From positions 1-38,818 of IMG/VR virus record IMGVR_UViG_3300045988_111050: 38,818 nt of DNA; one strand, 5' to 3'. The notes beneath the pieces are model-generated. The model was not told the DNA's origin and searched no databases. It saw only the letters and a program-made list of their open reading frames with translations. How positions within the stretch are numbered: the first letter of the stretch is position 1; each line of letters starts with the position of its first letter. This DNA is from a virus. A program made the translations under genes and the position numbers. Positions 8,201 to 18,327 of the stretch are shown one piece after another.

Positions 8201-9064
8201 TTACTTATACAACTCTTTGAAACCAAAGATTTTGATAGTGCCCCTGAAATCCGTGGAATAGCGTACTTGTTTCTGCGGATTTGGCCGGATGACAAAATAT
8301 TCGTAATTCGTTCGAATGTTGATATTCAAGTCTGGCAATGCCACGCCTTTATAAATCACGTTTTCGACACCAGATAAGCGTAATTTGTCACCTTCTTTAA
8401 TTGGCGTTGAAGCATGATTGTAGACCCAACGCCTTCCGTCGATCTCCAGGAAGAAACTTGTTTGATTAGCGCTTGCAGTCAATTCGACTACATAAGGCAC
8501 TTCTAGCTGACTAAGAGCTGCCGTGCCTTTGTACGGAATGACTCCACCAGTCAAAACAACATCTCTAGGAGCAGTTTCACCAAATGGCAACTCAGCAGTC
8601 ACCAATTCAAAAGAAATGTTATATTTCAAACCCGCTGCTGATTTGCCAATAAAGCTATAGTCAATTTCATTTCCAATATGTACCTTATATCGATACTTCC
8701 AAGGCGTATGCGGGATTTCCAAAAGGTTCAAATCCCCTTTTTTCGCTCCCGGCAATTCAAACCCGTACAAGTCATCTTGTACTGGGTGCATTTTTGTAAC
8801 GAAATAAGGTTCATCGCCGTACAACAAGCCTGCAAGCTCGTCTTGTTTTTCCATAAAAGCCGAAAGGCTAGCAACTGCCAGCCTTCCAGAAACTTTAATT
8901 GTTTTTTGACGCAGGGTAACTCCATCGTGAATATACCCGCTGCGCCCCTTGACTGTACGCCTGTCCACCTCAATAGAAGGCGTACTATCATCAATTTTAA
9001 TATTATAAATGCCTAGCTGAGATAATTTAGTCTCAGCGTTAGCATGTGTAATCAGTAAATCCAT
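8201..9064 (-). CDS. Distal tail protein (Dit, siphovirus tail component)
   Basis: 287 aa located between TMP and Tal. Position and size are typical of Dit. Confidence 0.75.
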   Translation of the reverse strand: MDLLITHANAETKLSQLGIYNIKIDDSTPSIEVDRRTVKGRSGYIHDGVTLRQKTIKVSGRLAVASLSAFMEKQDELAGLLYGDEPYFVTKMHPVQDDLYGFELPGAKKGDLNLLEIPHTPWKYRYKVHIGNEIDYSFIGKSAAGLKYNISFELVTAELPFGETAPRDVVLTGGVIPYKGTAALSQLEVPYVVELTASANQTSFFLEIDGRRWVYNHASTPIKEGDKLRLSGVENVIYKGVALPDLNINIRTNYEYFVIRPNPQKQVRYSTDFRGTIKIFGFKELYK

Positions 9065-9076
9065 TGCGTAGCCTTT

Positions 9077-12000
9077 CTATTCGTAGACAAAGTAGTCATC
9101 CTTGATACGGTCACGCGCTTCCTTCTCTTTAACAGTCGTATAGATCTTGTCTCCCACCATTTCATTGTGGATTTCAAATTTCGTATCCGACAGCTGAGAA
9201 TGCTTCACATCATCACTCAGATTTTCAAGAGACGAACGAATGCCGCTATTATTTACGCTAGCCGAGGTAGTAACTACGCTATCAACTCCGTATTTCTGAT
9301 CAGTGATGGCCATGGCGTAGTCTTTTGCGACTCCATCAATCGCTTTTACCCAACCGGTCATACCGTTATACATCCCTTCGCCTGTAAAGCTACCAATCGC
9401 AGTCGTGACGCGAGAAGGAGAATGGATATCCAGAGCAGAACGCATCACACTTGCGATGTTAGAAGCAATTGAATATGCGAGCGAGTAAAGACTACCGGCC
9501 ATGCTTGCTAGTCCATTGTAAAGACCAGAACCAGCATGGACACCAACAGAGTACAGATGACTAGCTAGTGTATTGAAAATAGCCACAATCTGACTATTCG
9601 CAGAAGACGAAATGCTGACAGCTTGGTTCATTCCGCTATTAAAAGCAGATGAAACGGTAGACATCCCCTGTTGAACAGAACTCTTGACTTTATTCAAGGT
9701 ACTATCAAATGTCTGAGCCATCTTGTTTCCGCCTGACGTTGCAGCTTGATCAACTTTATTCATGCCGTCTGTGACAGCCTTAGAAACGCCGTTCATGGCA
9801 TTTGTCGCAGCCGTTTCAGCATTCTTAAAGTTATTTGTTACTGCATTTGCGACCGCTTGAGAGCTACTTTCAGCGTTAGACTGCATAGTAGTAAACGCCG
9901 AAGTGGTAGAACCCTGCATATTATTTGTTGAGCCTGTCGCATTTCCGCTCATGGTATTGTAATTGCCCGAAACAGCGGCAGCCGTACTACTAGAAATAGC
10001 ACTAGCATTAGTTTGAACGGTCTGGAATGCAGCATTTGAGTCCGTTTGAAGCGCCTGCATGTAGGAGCTAGCGCTTGTATTCAAACCGCTCAAATTGCTT
10101 GATACATTGGCATTCATGGTTGCTGACTCAGTTGTAGCGGTCGCCTGTGCTTGTTGCATGTTACTTGATACATTGCTACTTAAAGCCTGCATGTTAATAC
10201 CTGTAGTCGTAACGAGCGCTTGCATGTTAGTGTCTACATTTGTATTCATGGTCGTTACTTTATTTAGCGTATCAAGCCCCATCAAATTCATAGAATTGCC
10301 AACGTTTTGTTGCATAGTCTGAGCCTGCAACGTCGCATTGGTTTGAGCCTGTGTCATTCCATTTGTAACGTTAGCACCCATCGTATTGACCGCATTAGAA
10401 GCATTCAGCCCCATCGTGTCCATATTAAATTGGACACCTGTGGCCATATCTTGAGTATTAGTCTTCGCAGCCGTGGACATTTCAGCTGTTTTAGTCGACA
10501 CAGAGGATGTCAAATTATCCATAGTAGCTTTGGTCTTGCTAGCACCTTCTTCGTTCTTGCCAGTGATCCAGTCCCAAATCCCGCCGAAGAACTCGCCAAC
10601 TTTTTGACCAATTCCAACAATTCCGTCAATCAAAGCACCGCCTAGAGCTTTGATAAGCTCCCAACCAGCTTCTAAGACTTTCGGTATGCCAGTTATCAAA
10701 CCGATGACTAATTGAGCAATCAACTGCAGACCGCCCATAATCAATTGAGGTGCCGCTTGTATCAAGCCAGAAACGAGCGAAACGATGATTTGAGCTGCTG
10801 AAGCAATGATTTGTGGCAAGTTTTGTATCAAACCTGTCACAAGAGACATGATCAGCTGGATACCTCCCTGAATAATCGCAGGTAAGTTAGATACCAAACC
10901 TTGGATAAAGGACGTAATGACCTGTACCGCAATTTGCAAAATTGTTGGTAATGACTGGACAATTCCAGTTATCAGATTTTGCAGAATTTGGATCCCGTTT
11001 TGGATAATCTGTGGCATTTGTTGACCAAGACCAGTCAAGAAGGTCGTTATGGTCTTTTGAGCGTTAGCCATCATTTGAGGAATGTTGTTTAGTATTCCTT
11101 GAGAAAGATTTGCCAACAACTCCATCCCTGCTGACAAGAGAGTCGGCAGCGCGTTTAACAACGAGCTGACAAAAGTGCTTAAAATAGTATTGGCTGAGCT
11201 AATCAAGGAAGTTGCATTCTGGCCAATCCCTTGAACCAAACTCACAATCAGGCTCACTCCAGCTTGTACCAAGACAGGGAACATAGTTGCAAAAGCACTA
11301 GCGAATTTTGCTATTAAATTCGCCCCTGAAGCGATTAGAGCGGGAATAGCATTCGTGATCCCTTGAACCAGATTATGGATAATTTGAGGCCCTTTTGTCG
11401 TTACTGTATTTAGCAATTGGTCAATTTGAGTGCCAAATTGATTGTTGATGATCCCCAAACCAGCTACGACCAAACCAAGGATGGCAGCTGGACCGATAGC
11501 AGCCAAAGCTACACTCATGACAGAGCTGATGCCGCTCGTCATCATAGACAAGACAGACAAGCCTTTTGATGCTGCTCCCCCTAAAACACCACCTAAACCG
11601 CTAACTTGAGCAGCAAAGAGGCCGACCATTCCAGCGGCTGAGCTAAAACCGCTACTCAATATACCTCCAAGGACTCCTATTTTAGTCCCCAAACCTCCTA
11701 AAAGGCCAGTAAGCAATGTTAGCCCCTTAGTTGCAGGACCAAATGCGAGTAGGCCACCGATTAGGCTAAGGATGGGTGCTGCAGAGGACATCGTACCTTT
11801 AAATTTCTCCATGACACCATCGGCCAATTTAGTACCATTCAAGAAATGGTCTAAGACAGGATTGATAGTAGCCATAGCATCAGTAAAGTTTTGGATGCCT
11901 TGCGATTGACTAAATTTATCTACCAGCTTATCCACATATTTTACGATTGTAGTAAACAGTGGCAGGACGGATTCCCCGAGCTTAATTTGTAGAGTCTCAA

Positions 12001-13558
12001 ACGATCCGCTCAAGCCTTCAATAGCGCCTTTTAAGTTGTTTAACTTTTCAGCAGCAACTTGTGCAGCGGTAACCTTGCTGATTTCCGCTTGCATCTTGTT
12101 CGCGCCATCTGCACCCTCATTCATTGCGATAGTTGCCGCACGCACAGCGTCCGTACCAAACATGGTCTTGAGTGCTTGTTGTTGCTGTTGCTCCGTCAAA
12201 CCGCTCAAGCTTTCTTTTAATACTTGAGATACTTCAGCAAATGATTTGATTTTACCTTCTGCAGTAAAGAATCTATTAGACCCATCTTCTGTGATGATGC
12301 CTAGTTCTCTCATCATATTCGTTTGTGCCTTAGTTTGAGGTTGCAAGTTCATCAGCATTGTTTTGAGTGATGTACCCGCATCAGACCCTTTAAGACCATT
12401 CTGAGCAAACACTGCAAGAGCATTTGTTGTGTCTTTGAATGATAACCCAAGACCGCTAGCTACAGGAGCAACTGCAGAAAGCCCGTACTTCAATTCATGG
12501 ACATCAGTAGCCGACGCATTCGCAGCGCCCGCTAATTGGTTCGCTGCATCTACTACGCTCAGATTATCTCGTTTGAAGGCATTCAAAGCCGTAGATGCGA
12601 TTTCTGCCGCTTCTTTCAGGTCAAGCTCGCCTGCTGTCGCTAAGTTCAAAGCACCCGTAAGGCCGCCGTTTAAGATATCTTTGGTAGATACCCCAGCTTT
12701 TGCCAATTCTTCAATAGCATCTGCCGCTTCTGTAGCAGAAAACGCTGTGTCAGCACCCGCTTTAATGGCTGCATCATGAAATTGCTTCATCGTTTCGGCA
12801 CTAGAGCCAGTAACAGCTTTGATGCTGCTCATACGAGCTTCAAAGTCAGCCGATTTGGTGATCGCACCGCCTATCGCATTCTTGATGAAGTTAAATCCTG
12901 CATAAGCTGCAGAAATTCCCAAGGCCGTCTTGATGAGGTTGCTTGTAGCGGAGGCAGCTTGGTTCGTGTGATTCACAATACCCATCAAAGCATTAGTAGC
13001 TTTACTACCTGCTTGTTGAAAAGCATTGCCAAGTCCGCTTGAAATTTTGCTAGATAAAGTGCTGACTTTGCTGATCAGCTTGCCACCTAACGTATTGCTA
13101 GCCTGATTTGCAAAATTATTTACTCTTCCTAACGCAGAACTAAAAGCGTTCCCGATAGAGCTACCGACCGAAGTCATTTTAGCTGTTATTGGAGATAAGG
13201 TACTAGAAATCTTGGAATTAAGACTAATAAATGCTTGAGCTACTTTGTTTAGCCCGTTTTGTATGGACTCTGGCAAACGCTGCCCAATATTGGATGCAAT
13301 CCGATGGATTTCACCAAGAGCAATATTCAGACCGCCTTTGAAGCCTTGACCGATTTTCTGGCCAAGCGTACTGCTATTGCTAGCCAGCTCATTCATTAGT
13401 TGGCCGATTTTTTGGATCATCTGATTTGAGCTATTAACCGCAGCTTTTTGAGCGTTATCAAAAGCTTGTTTGGTCATGACAGCAATTTCATTCATAGCGC
13501 GCTCATACGCTCTGGTATCTGCGCCAATCTCAGCGAAGATTGAGCCATCAAAACTCAT
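9077..13558 (-). CDS. Tape measure protein
   Basis: 1493 aa with central glycine/alanine-rich TM-like repeats and a low-complexity N/S/T/Q-rich C-terminal part. Follows the G/GT chaperones. GGAGGTGG RBS. Confidence 0.9.
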   Translation of the reverse strand: MSFDGSIFAEIGADTRAYERAMNEIAVMTKQAFDNAQKAAVNSSNQMIQKIGQLMNELASNSSTLGQKIGQGFKGGLNIALGEIHRIASNIGQRLPESIQNGLNKVAQAFISLNSKISSTLSPITAKMTSVGSSIGNAFSSALGRVNNFANQASNTLGGKLISKVSTLSSKISSGLGNAFQQAGSKATNALMGIVNHTNQAASATSNLIKTALGISAAYAGFNFIKNAIGGAITKSADFEARMSSIKAVTGSSAETMKQFHDAAIKAGADTAFSATEAADAIEELAKAGVSTKDILNGGLTGALNLATAGELDLKEAAEIASTALNAFKRDNLSVVDAANQLAGAANASATDVHELKYGLSAVAPVASGLGLSFKDTTNALAVFAQNGLKGSDAGTSLKTMLMNLQPQTKAQTNMMRELGIITEDGSNRFFTAEGKIKSFAEVSQVLKESLSGLTEQQQQQALKTMFGTDAVRAATIAMNEGADGANKMQAEISKVTAAQVAAEKLNNLKGAIEGLSGSFETLQIKLGESVLPLFTTIVKYVDKLVDKFSQSQGIQNFTDAMATINPVLDHFLNGTKLADGVMEKFKGTMSSAAPILSLIGGLLAFGPATKGLTLLTGLLGGLGTKIGVLGGILSSGFSSAAGMVGLFAAQVSGLGGVLGGAASKGLSVLSMMTSGISSVMSVALAAIGPAAILGLVVAGLGIINNQFGTQIDQLLNTVTTKGPQIIHNLVQGITNAIPALIASGANLIAKFASAFATMFPVLVQAGVSLIVSLVQGIGQNATSLISSANTILSTFVSSLLNALPTLLSAGMELLANLSQGILNNIPQMMANAQKTITTFLTGLGQQMPQIIQNGIQILQNLITGIVQSLPTILQIAVQVITSFIQGLVSNLPAIIQGGIQLIMSLVTGLIQNLPQIIASAAQIIVSLVSGLIQAAPQLIMGGLQLIAQLVIGLITGIPKVLEAGWELIKALGGALIDGIVGIGQKVGEFFGGIWDWITGKNEEGASKTKATMDNLTSSVSTKTAEMSTAAKTNTQDMATGVQFNMDTMGLNASNAVNTMGANVTNGMTQAQTNATLQAQTMQQNVGNSMNLMGLDTLNKVTTMNTNVDTNMQALVTTTGINMQALSSNVSSNMQQAQATATTESATMNANVSSNLSGLNTSASSYMQALQTDSNAAFQTVQTNASAISSSTAAAVSGNYNTMSGNATGSTNNMQGSTTSAFTTMQSNAESSSQAVANAVTNNFKNAETAATNAMNGVSKAVTDGMNKVDQAATSGGNKMAQTFDSTLNKVKSSVQQGMSTVSSAFNSGMNQAVSISSSANSQIVAIFNTLASHLYSVGVHAGSGLYNGLASMAGSLYSLAYSIASNIASVMRSALDIHSPSRVTTAIGSFTGEGMYNGMTGWVKAIDGVAKDYAMAITDQKYGVDSVVTTSASVNNSGIRSSLENLSDDVKHSQLSDTKFEIHNEMVGDKIYTTVKEKEARDRIKDDYFVYE

Positions 13559-13578
13559 GCATCCACCTCCTTCATTAT

Positions 13579-14363
13579 TTATTTTCTGTTCGCAAACATC
13601 TGACTAGCTTTTTCAAGCTTGGCCACAAATTCGCTTTTGTTTTTGATTTCTTGTTTTGTCGGCTTGTGGAAGCTTCTTCGCACCTTTTCTTTTTCCTTGC
13701 GCTTGCTAAGTTTGTTGGTATCAACCTTCTTACTATTGAGCGTGTAGCGCAGTTCCAAAGCTAGTCCTGACAAGTTTTCGCGTTCTTCAATCTGCCTATA
13801 GTGCAGACCTTCAAGAATAGCATCAAGCTCCCACTTATTACAATTTAGAATCGTTTCTTGGTCAGTTAGACCAAGCCTTGCGCATTCGGTTAAGAGAGCG
13901 CGCTTTCCATCTTGCCAATAATTTCTGAAATGGCCTTGGCTTGCATTTGAGCTGTTGCGTCGTTTTCGGTAGCTTGGCTCTCTGCTAATTCCAGCCCAAG
14001 ACGCATGTTCTTGATATATTTCAAAATCTTCTTCTTGAAAAAACCGGATTGAACCATTTCTTCCTGAATTTCTTCGAATAGGGCTTCTTGCGGATCTTCA
14101 GCGTCAGATTTTTCGAAATAATTTTCAATAGCTGACAACGCTTCATCTTCACTGACCGCTTTTCCTTTTTTGCTGCCACAAAACTGGATCAAATCCACAA
14201 TGCCTTGGTCGTCGCGATCGACGATTTTATAAAACAGAGCACCGATTCCGTTTTTTGAAGACTGACCATTTGCGTCTTTTGTCGCAAGATCCTTGTCAAT
14301 TCTAAACATCAAACGAAAATCAAATTTGATTTCCACAATTTTGTTACCGATTTTAAATTCCAT
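13579..14363 (-). CDS. Tail assembly chaperone GT fusion (requires -1 frameshift at 14037..14043)
   Basis: The -1 frame is open from about 14085 to the stop at 13579. A T_TTT_TTC heptamer sits in the G frame. The arrangement lies directly upstream of TMP. Confidence 0.6.
13890..14363 (-). CDS. Tail assembly chaperone G (157 aa from the ATG at 14363)
   Basis: AAGGAGAAAAAACACTAATG at 14363. The longer ORF-track start (14492) would overlap the major tail gene. Confidence 0.75.
   Translation of the reverse strand: MEFKIGNKIVEIKFDFRLMFRIDKDLATKDANGQSSKNGIGALFYKIVDRDDQGIVDLIQFCGSKKGKAVSEDEALSAIENYFEKSDAEDPQEALFEEIQEEMVQSGFFKKKILKYIKNMRLGLELAESQATENDATAQMQAKAISEIIGKMESALS
14037..14043 (-). other. 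Candidate -1 programmed ribosomal frameshift slippery heptamer U_UUU_UUC
   Basis: Read in the G frame as ggt ttt ttc. The -1 frame has no stop from here to 13579. Confidence 0.55.
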
Positions 14364-14386
14364 TAGTGTTTTTTCTCCTTTGAACC

Positions 14387-14418
14387 AAAAATAAAAGGGC
14401 GACCTGTTAAAGCCACCC
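14387..14418 (-). terminator. Leaky intrinsic terminator after the major tail protein gene
   Basis: On the minus strand: GGGUGGC-loop-GUCGCCC (7 bp, 2 G-U) followed by UUUUAUUUUU. The pairing is worse on the plus strand. Confidence 0.55.
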
Positions 14419-14427
14419 TCCTGAAAA

Positions 14428-15012
14428 TTAGCGTTGAATGTTGTCGTAATCGCCAGTTGTTTCGCCTGGGTTTTGATATGCGTAGATATCATTTAACAAA
14501 GCAAGTTCTGCAGCAGAAAGTGGGAATTTACCATCTTGCAAACGACCAACGATTCCAGCTGTGTATGAAAGCTCAACGAATTCTTCTACGCCATCGTTGA
14601 ATTCGACATCATCAGTGATTTTAGCGTAACCGAATTTAGCTGGATAAGCATCTTTTTGATTACCAGACTCACCAATTTTTGTTTTGACACTTTCATCAAC
14701 GATGACACGCCAAATTTTGATTGACTCACCTTTAGCTTGAGCATTCAAGATTACATTTACTGACGGATCCATCGGCGCAAAGTATTGAGTCAACTCAATT
14801 GAGTGCTCGTCGCTTGATTTTTCAAGCAAGCGGCCTTGTTGCGTTTGCTCATCTTGATACTCACCGCCAAGCGTTGTGCTTCCATCTGTACGATAAGCCG
14901 GCAAAAGCGCTCCTTCGCCTTTTTCTGCATGGATTGATTGGATAAAGTAGAATACCTTCTTACCAACAATCGGCTTAGCTGTAGTAATTTTCACTTGTCC
15001 TTTTTCAGCCAT
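14428..15012 (-). CDS. Major tail protein
   Basis: 194 aa located immediately before the chaperone pair. AAGGAGG RBS. Resembles phi13-type major tail proteins. Confidence 0.8.
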   Translation of the reverse strand: MAEKGQVKITTAKPIVGKKVFYFIQSIHAEKGEGALLPAYRTDGSTTLGGEYQDEQTQQGRLLEKSSDEHSIELTQYFAPMDPSVNVILNAQAKGESIKIWRVIVDESVKTKIGESGNQKDAYPAKFGYAKITDDVEFNDGVEEFVELSYTAGIVGRLQDGKFPLSAAELALLNDIYAYQNPGETTGDYDNIQR

Positions 15013-15027
15013 TTAGGACCTCCTTGT

Positions 15028-15393
15028 TTAAAATATTGTTTCGGTCGTTTTAATTACGATATGATAGACCTCTCGACCGATTGAGTTGTCCATCAAAATA
15101 GTTGATGTCATCCGCCTATTGCGACCTAATAACCGAATAGCTTGTGATTTGATGTTTTCTGCGTAGACTCGACTTTTTGAACCCGGCAGAAAGATATCGA
15201 TCTGAATAGTACTATCTTCGATTATCAGCCCTGTCTGTGCCGTTTTTGACGTATCGGATGTAATGCCACCGACTACCAGAAACGGCTCGACTACGGACGT
15301 GTCGGGTAACTTAAAATGGATTGGAATGTTTAACACTCCCAATCGCTTTTTTAAGTCTCTTAGTAAATTGCTTGTTGGCGAATCCATAATCAC
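15028..15393 (-). CDS. Tail completion / tail-to-head joining protein (start more likely the ATG at 15387)
   Basis: Position between the gp10-like protein and the major tail protein. AAGAGGTG lies 5 nt before the ATG at 15387. Confidence 0.6.
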   Translation of the reverse strand: MIMDSPTSNLLRDLKKRLGVLNIPIHFKLPDTSVVEPFLVVGGITSDTSKTAQTGLIIEDSTIQIDIFLPGSKSRVYAENIKSQAIRLLGRNRRMTSTILMDNSIGREVYHIVIKTTETIF

Positions 15394-15734
15394 CTCTTAA
15401 ACATCTTATTTAGATTTCTCATCAATTTTGGATATTCCTCTTGTACAGCAGGGTGCATAAAAGGCTGCGGAGCCATCTTCCGTGTGCCTAACTCGACATA
15501 AATTGAATAGTAAGCTGGAGAGATAACCTTATAGCCCATAAGCTTCGCTTGCATGCTATAAATGTTCTCGCTCATCCAGCCAGTATCCCAAGGAGCGTAT
15601 AGCTTAGCCAAACGCTCAACGCGTAGACTGGAGCGATTCAATTCCCTATCCACAGCGACCGGGGCTTGCCGCCCTTTTCTCTGTACTTCGCGCAGAAATT
15701 TATCTAGACCTTTAACCCGATAGGTCAAACTCAT
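15390..15734 (-). CDS. HK97 gp10-like head-tail joining protein
   Basis: 114 aa in the conserved position. N-terminus LTYRVKGLDKFLREV is typical of the gp10 family. Confidence 0.6.
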   Translation of the reverse strand: MSLTYRVKGLDKFLREVQRKGRQAPVAVDRELNRSSLRVERLAKLYAPWDTGWMSENIYSMQAKLMGYKVISPAYYSIYVELGTRKMAPQPFMHPAVQEEYPKLMRNLNKMFKR

Positions 15735-16009
15735 AGATAAATCACCGTACTATTTTTGTGGTGTTTCTTGCCTTTGACAGCTCGGCGCTTACCTTTATAA
15801 ATGACTTCTGAGAAATCTTGATGAATACCTTGTAAATGTAACTTAAAACTGTCTAGATTGTACTTTCCAAAGATTCCCATCTGCTCATTATTGGTTAGCG
15901 CACTACGCTGGCATGGCAAGGGGCCGACTTGCTCAGTCGCAACATCATCTTCGAGGCCGTCGTTTGAAACAGTCTCTTTTACCAAAGTGACTCTATCATT
16001 GTAAATCAC
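15731..16009 (-). CDS. Head closure (stopper) protein
   Basis: 92 aa with a GTG start. Synteny follows the connector protein. Confidence 0.55.
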   Translation of the reverse strand: MIYNDRVTLVKETVSNDGLEDDVATEQVGPLPCQRSALTNNEQMGIFGKYNLDSFKLHLQGIHQDFSEVIYKGKRRAVKGKKHHKNSTVIYL

Positions 16010-16020
16010 AGCATCACCCC

Positions 16021-16380
16021 CTAGATAAAACGCGCAATCCCTCGAGCCTTCCGCTTGCTAGCGAAAGAAATGAGAGCTTGTTTATCATCTTCAGACAAAT
16101 AACTGTCCTCCCATGTAAACGCTCGTCCTTCTTCGCTATCAGCCTTAGCACCCTCAGAATTCAACTTGTTAAATCGTTTTACTGCCACATCACGAACGAT
16201 ATAAGCTACGCTATTCGGAATTTCTGTAATTGATGATTCGGAGTAGCGATTGACAAAGGCAAGGATGCGCTCAATGCTTTCTTTGATGGTCAAATTCAGC
16301 AAGTCATCCTGCGCAGTATCGCTTACCCCTTTTAATAATTTGATTTCTTTCAAAATCTCATCCGCATCAATCGCTGTCAT
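16021..16380 (-). CDS. Head-tail connector / adaptor protein (gp6/gp15-like)
   Basis: 119 aa directly after the capsid gene. Acidic helical N-terminus is typical of this family. Confidence 0.65.
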   Translation of the reverse strand: MTAIDADEILKEIKLLKGVSDTAQDDLLNLTIKESIERILAFVNRYSESSITEIPNSVAYIVRDVAVKRFNKLNSEGAKADSEEGRAFTWEDSYLSEDDKQALISFASKRKARGIARFI

Positions 16381-16383
16381 TGA

Positions 16384-17274
16384 TTAGCCTCCAGGTACTG
16401 CTGCAGGAGCCGCTTTTTCGATAGTCGTTTCTACGACACCTTGAGGAATTTCGGCAAACAGCACATTAGCACCGAAGAACACTGATTCGTAAGTGAGGTT
16501 TTTCAAAGCACGATCGCGAGCGACTGCAATCAAACCAGTTTCATCTGTAAAGTCTGCGAACAATCCGCCAAGGTCTCCAGAAGAGACATTCAAGTTAGCA
16601 AATACAAGGTTTTCAATCGCTGTTGTATAAACCTTACCTTCTGGTACACCGTTCATTACGATGACGTTCTGCATACCTAGGAAGTTTTTGAGCAATGTTA
16701 AACCAAAAATATTTGACGCGTTGGCACCAACACCTGCATCACCAAGATATGCGGCTGCATCAAGTGGATTGATGAATGAAACAATAGGCGAACCTTCAAA
16801 CTCGTTAAATGTTGCAATTTTAGCCCAAGCTTGAGCAAGCGCCCCTTGTAAACCAGTGCCTTTGTTTTTTGTTGGATTATTTTTCAAAAACACAAAGAAT
16901 TGGTTCTTAATTCCGTTTTGGATTTCGCGCATCAAACGTGTATCAGCTTCTGTGATAGCGACGGATGCACCGTGACGAGCGATTGACTCAGCAGATACAG
17001 AACGACGTTTCTTGAACCATGCGACTTCGTAAGCGTTACCTTTAGTGCGTACCATTTTAGAAAGTGGAATGTCTTCCCCTTCTCCTGGATTTGTTGTGTC
17101 CACATCTGCGGTCCAATTGTAAGTTTGGATTTTCAGATCGCTTGTCAATTCTTGTCGACGTGTGACCCCCAAAAGTGTCAGCAAGTCGTTGATGTTTTTG
17201 GAAAACTTGTTAACAAAATCAATAGACTTGATTTCGCCCAAGTCAGCCATAGTAGTTAGTTTTTGTTCAGCCAT
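16384..17274 (-). CDS. Major capsid protein
   Basis: 296 aa directly after the scaffold gene. Strong codon bias and synteny support the call. Confidence 0.8.
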   Translation of the reverse strand: MAEQKLTTMADLGEIKSIDFVNKFSKNINDLLTLLGVTRRQELTSDLKIQTYNWTADVDTTNPGEGEDIPLSKMVRTKGNAYEVAWFKKRRSVSAESIARHGASVAITEADTRLMREIQNGIKNQFFVFLKNNPTKNKGTGLQGALAQAWAKIATFNEFEGSPIVSFINPLDAAAYLGDAGVGANASNIFGLTLLKNFLGMQNVIVMNGVPEGKVYTTAIENLVFANLNVSSGDLGGLFADFTDETGLIAVARDRALKNLTYESVFFGANVLFAEIPQGVVETTIEKAAPAAVPGG

Positions 17275-17277
17275 ATT

Positions 17278-17880
17278 CTAGCCCTTTCTAAAAAGATTGA
17301 TATTTTCGGCAATCGCAGCCTGACGTTTGTCGGTATCTTCAATTGCCATAATTTGTTCTTTCGTGATTCCTGTTGTAGTACCACGACGAGGCGCGCTCTG
17401 AACCAGTCGTTCGTTCACACGCTTTTCAACTTCGCTATCAAATACAGTTCGCAAAGCTGTGATTTTAGCTTTCACCTCTTCAGCCGTCGGAGCCAGCACA
17501 TGATCCAAAAACTCTTGTGGTAACCCTTCATCTGCTAAAAGAGATTGAGTGGCCAGCTTCATCTCACGCTCGGCTATATCCCGCTCGCGCTTTTCTAATT
17601 CTGCGATTCGTTTCGCTTCTTCTTCTCTAGCGCGTTCGTCCTTAGTCAGCTTTGCTAGTCGTTCACCTTCGCTTTTAGCCTGTTCAAGCGCCGTTGCTTG
17701 CTCAGCTTCCCACTTGGTGCGTTCGGCAGCTAACATCTTGCCGATTTCAGCACGAGTGAAAGTACGTTCGTGCTTCTCGCTATCTGCATTTGACTCTACA
17801 TCTACTGCTTTCTCATTCTGAGTGTCGACGGTCTCAGTTTGATCCACAGTCGTAGTAGTTCCGTTGATTTCTTCTGACAT
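17278..17880 (-). CDS. Capsid scaffolding protein
   Basis: 200 aa, highly charged E/K/A-rich helical protein upstream of the capsid gene. GGAGG RBS. Confidence 0.75.
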   Translation of the reverse strand: MSEEINGTTTTVDQTETVDTQNEKAVDVESNADSEKHERTFTRAEIGKMLAAERTKWEAEQATALEQAKSEGERLAKLTKDERAREEEAKRIAELEKRERDIAEREMKLATQSLLADEGLPQEFLDHVLAPTAEEVKAKITALRTVFDSEVEKRVNERLVQSAPRRGTTTGITKEQIMAIEDTDKRQAAIAENINLFRKG

Positions 17881-17979
17881 AATTGTCCTCCAGCGATTAC
17901 GTCGCCACTCGATAGTCTCGTTTTACGCCCGGCGGCGAAACAGTACAGCTTTTAACGTCTTCAGCAAAGTTTGGACAAG

Positions 17980-18008
17980 CAAAAAACCGTACGGGATTCC
18001 ATACGGTT
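17980..18008 (-). terminator. Intrinsic terminator downstream of the 97-aa ORF
   Basis: Minus strand: AACCGUAUG-loop-CGUACGGUU (9 bp, 1 G-U) followed by UUUUUUG. Confidence 0.75.
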
Positions 18009-18027
18009 TATAGTGATTTATAGCGGT

Positions 18028-18321
18028 TTATTCCGTTTCTTTAGGTACGACATTCTTTTCAACCCAGCTTTTAAAATCATCAAAAGTATCCATTTTTTTC
18101 AAAGATAGATAGTTCTCAATTTTTTTAATAGCTTTCTGAACCGATTCATCATTAAAACAGTAACCATTTATTGATAAATCAAAGATTTTATTGCCATTTT
18201 CTTTATCAACAATCCATAACTCGTTGCCGGTCCAACCGCTTAGTGAATCGTGGCATTTTTTAGATTGTATCTCAAAATGATTATCTTCGATCAATCCAAT
18301 TAGCTTTTTGTATTTATTCAT
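18028..18321 (-). CDS. Hypothetical protein (97 aa), AT-rich moron-like gene
   Basis: ORF is followed by a strong terminator. Its composition is more AT-rich than the flanking structural genes. Confidence 0.6.
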   Translation of the reverse strand: MNKYKKLIGLIEDNHFEIQSKKCHDSLSGWTGNELWIVDKENGNKIFDLSINGYCFNDESVQKAIKKIENYLSLKKMDTFDDFKSWVEKNVVPKETE

Positions 18322-18327
18322 TGAAAC

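Noticed and set aside
9167-13042. Plus-strand ORFs inside the tape measure gene (e.g. 10307..10645, 12429..12779, 12776..13042)
   Set aside because: They are antisense to a 1493-aa gene with clear synteny. They have no translation signals, and their composition is an artefact of the repetitive TMP sequence.
13890-14492. Long version (200 aa) of the chaperone ORF starting at 14492
   Set aside because: The extension overlaps the 3' end of the major tail gene and crosses its terminator. A strong RBS precedes the internal ATG at 14363.
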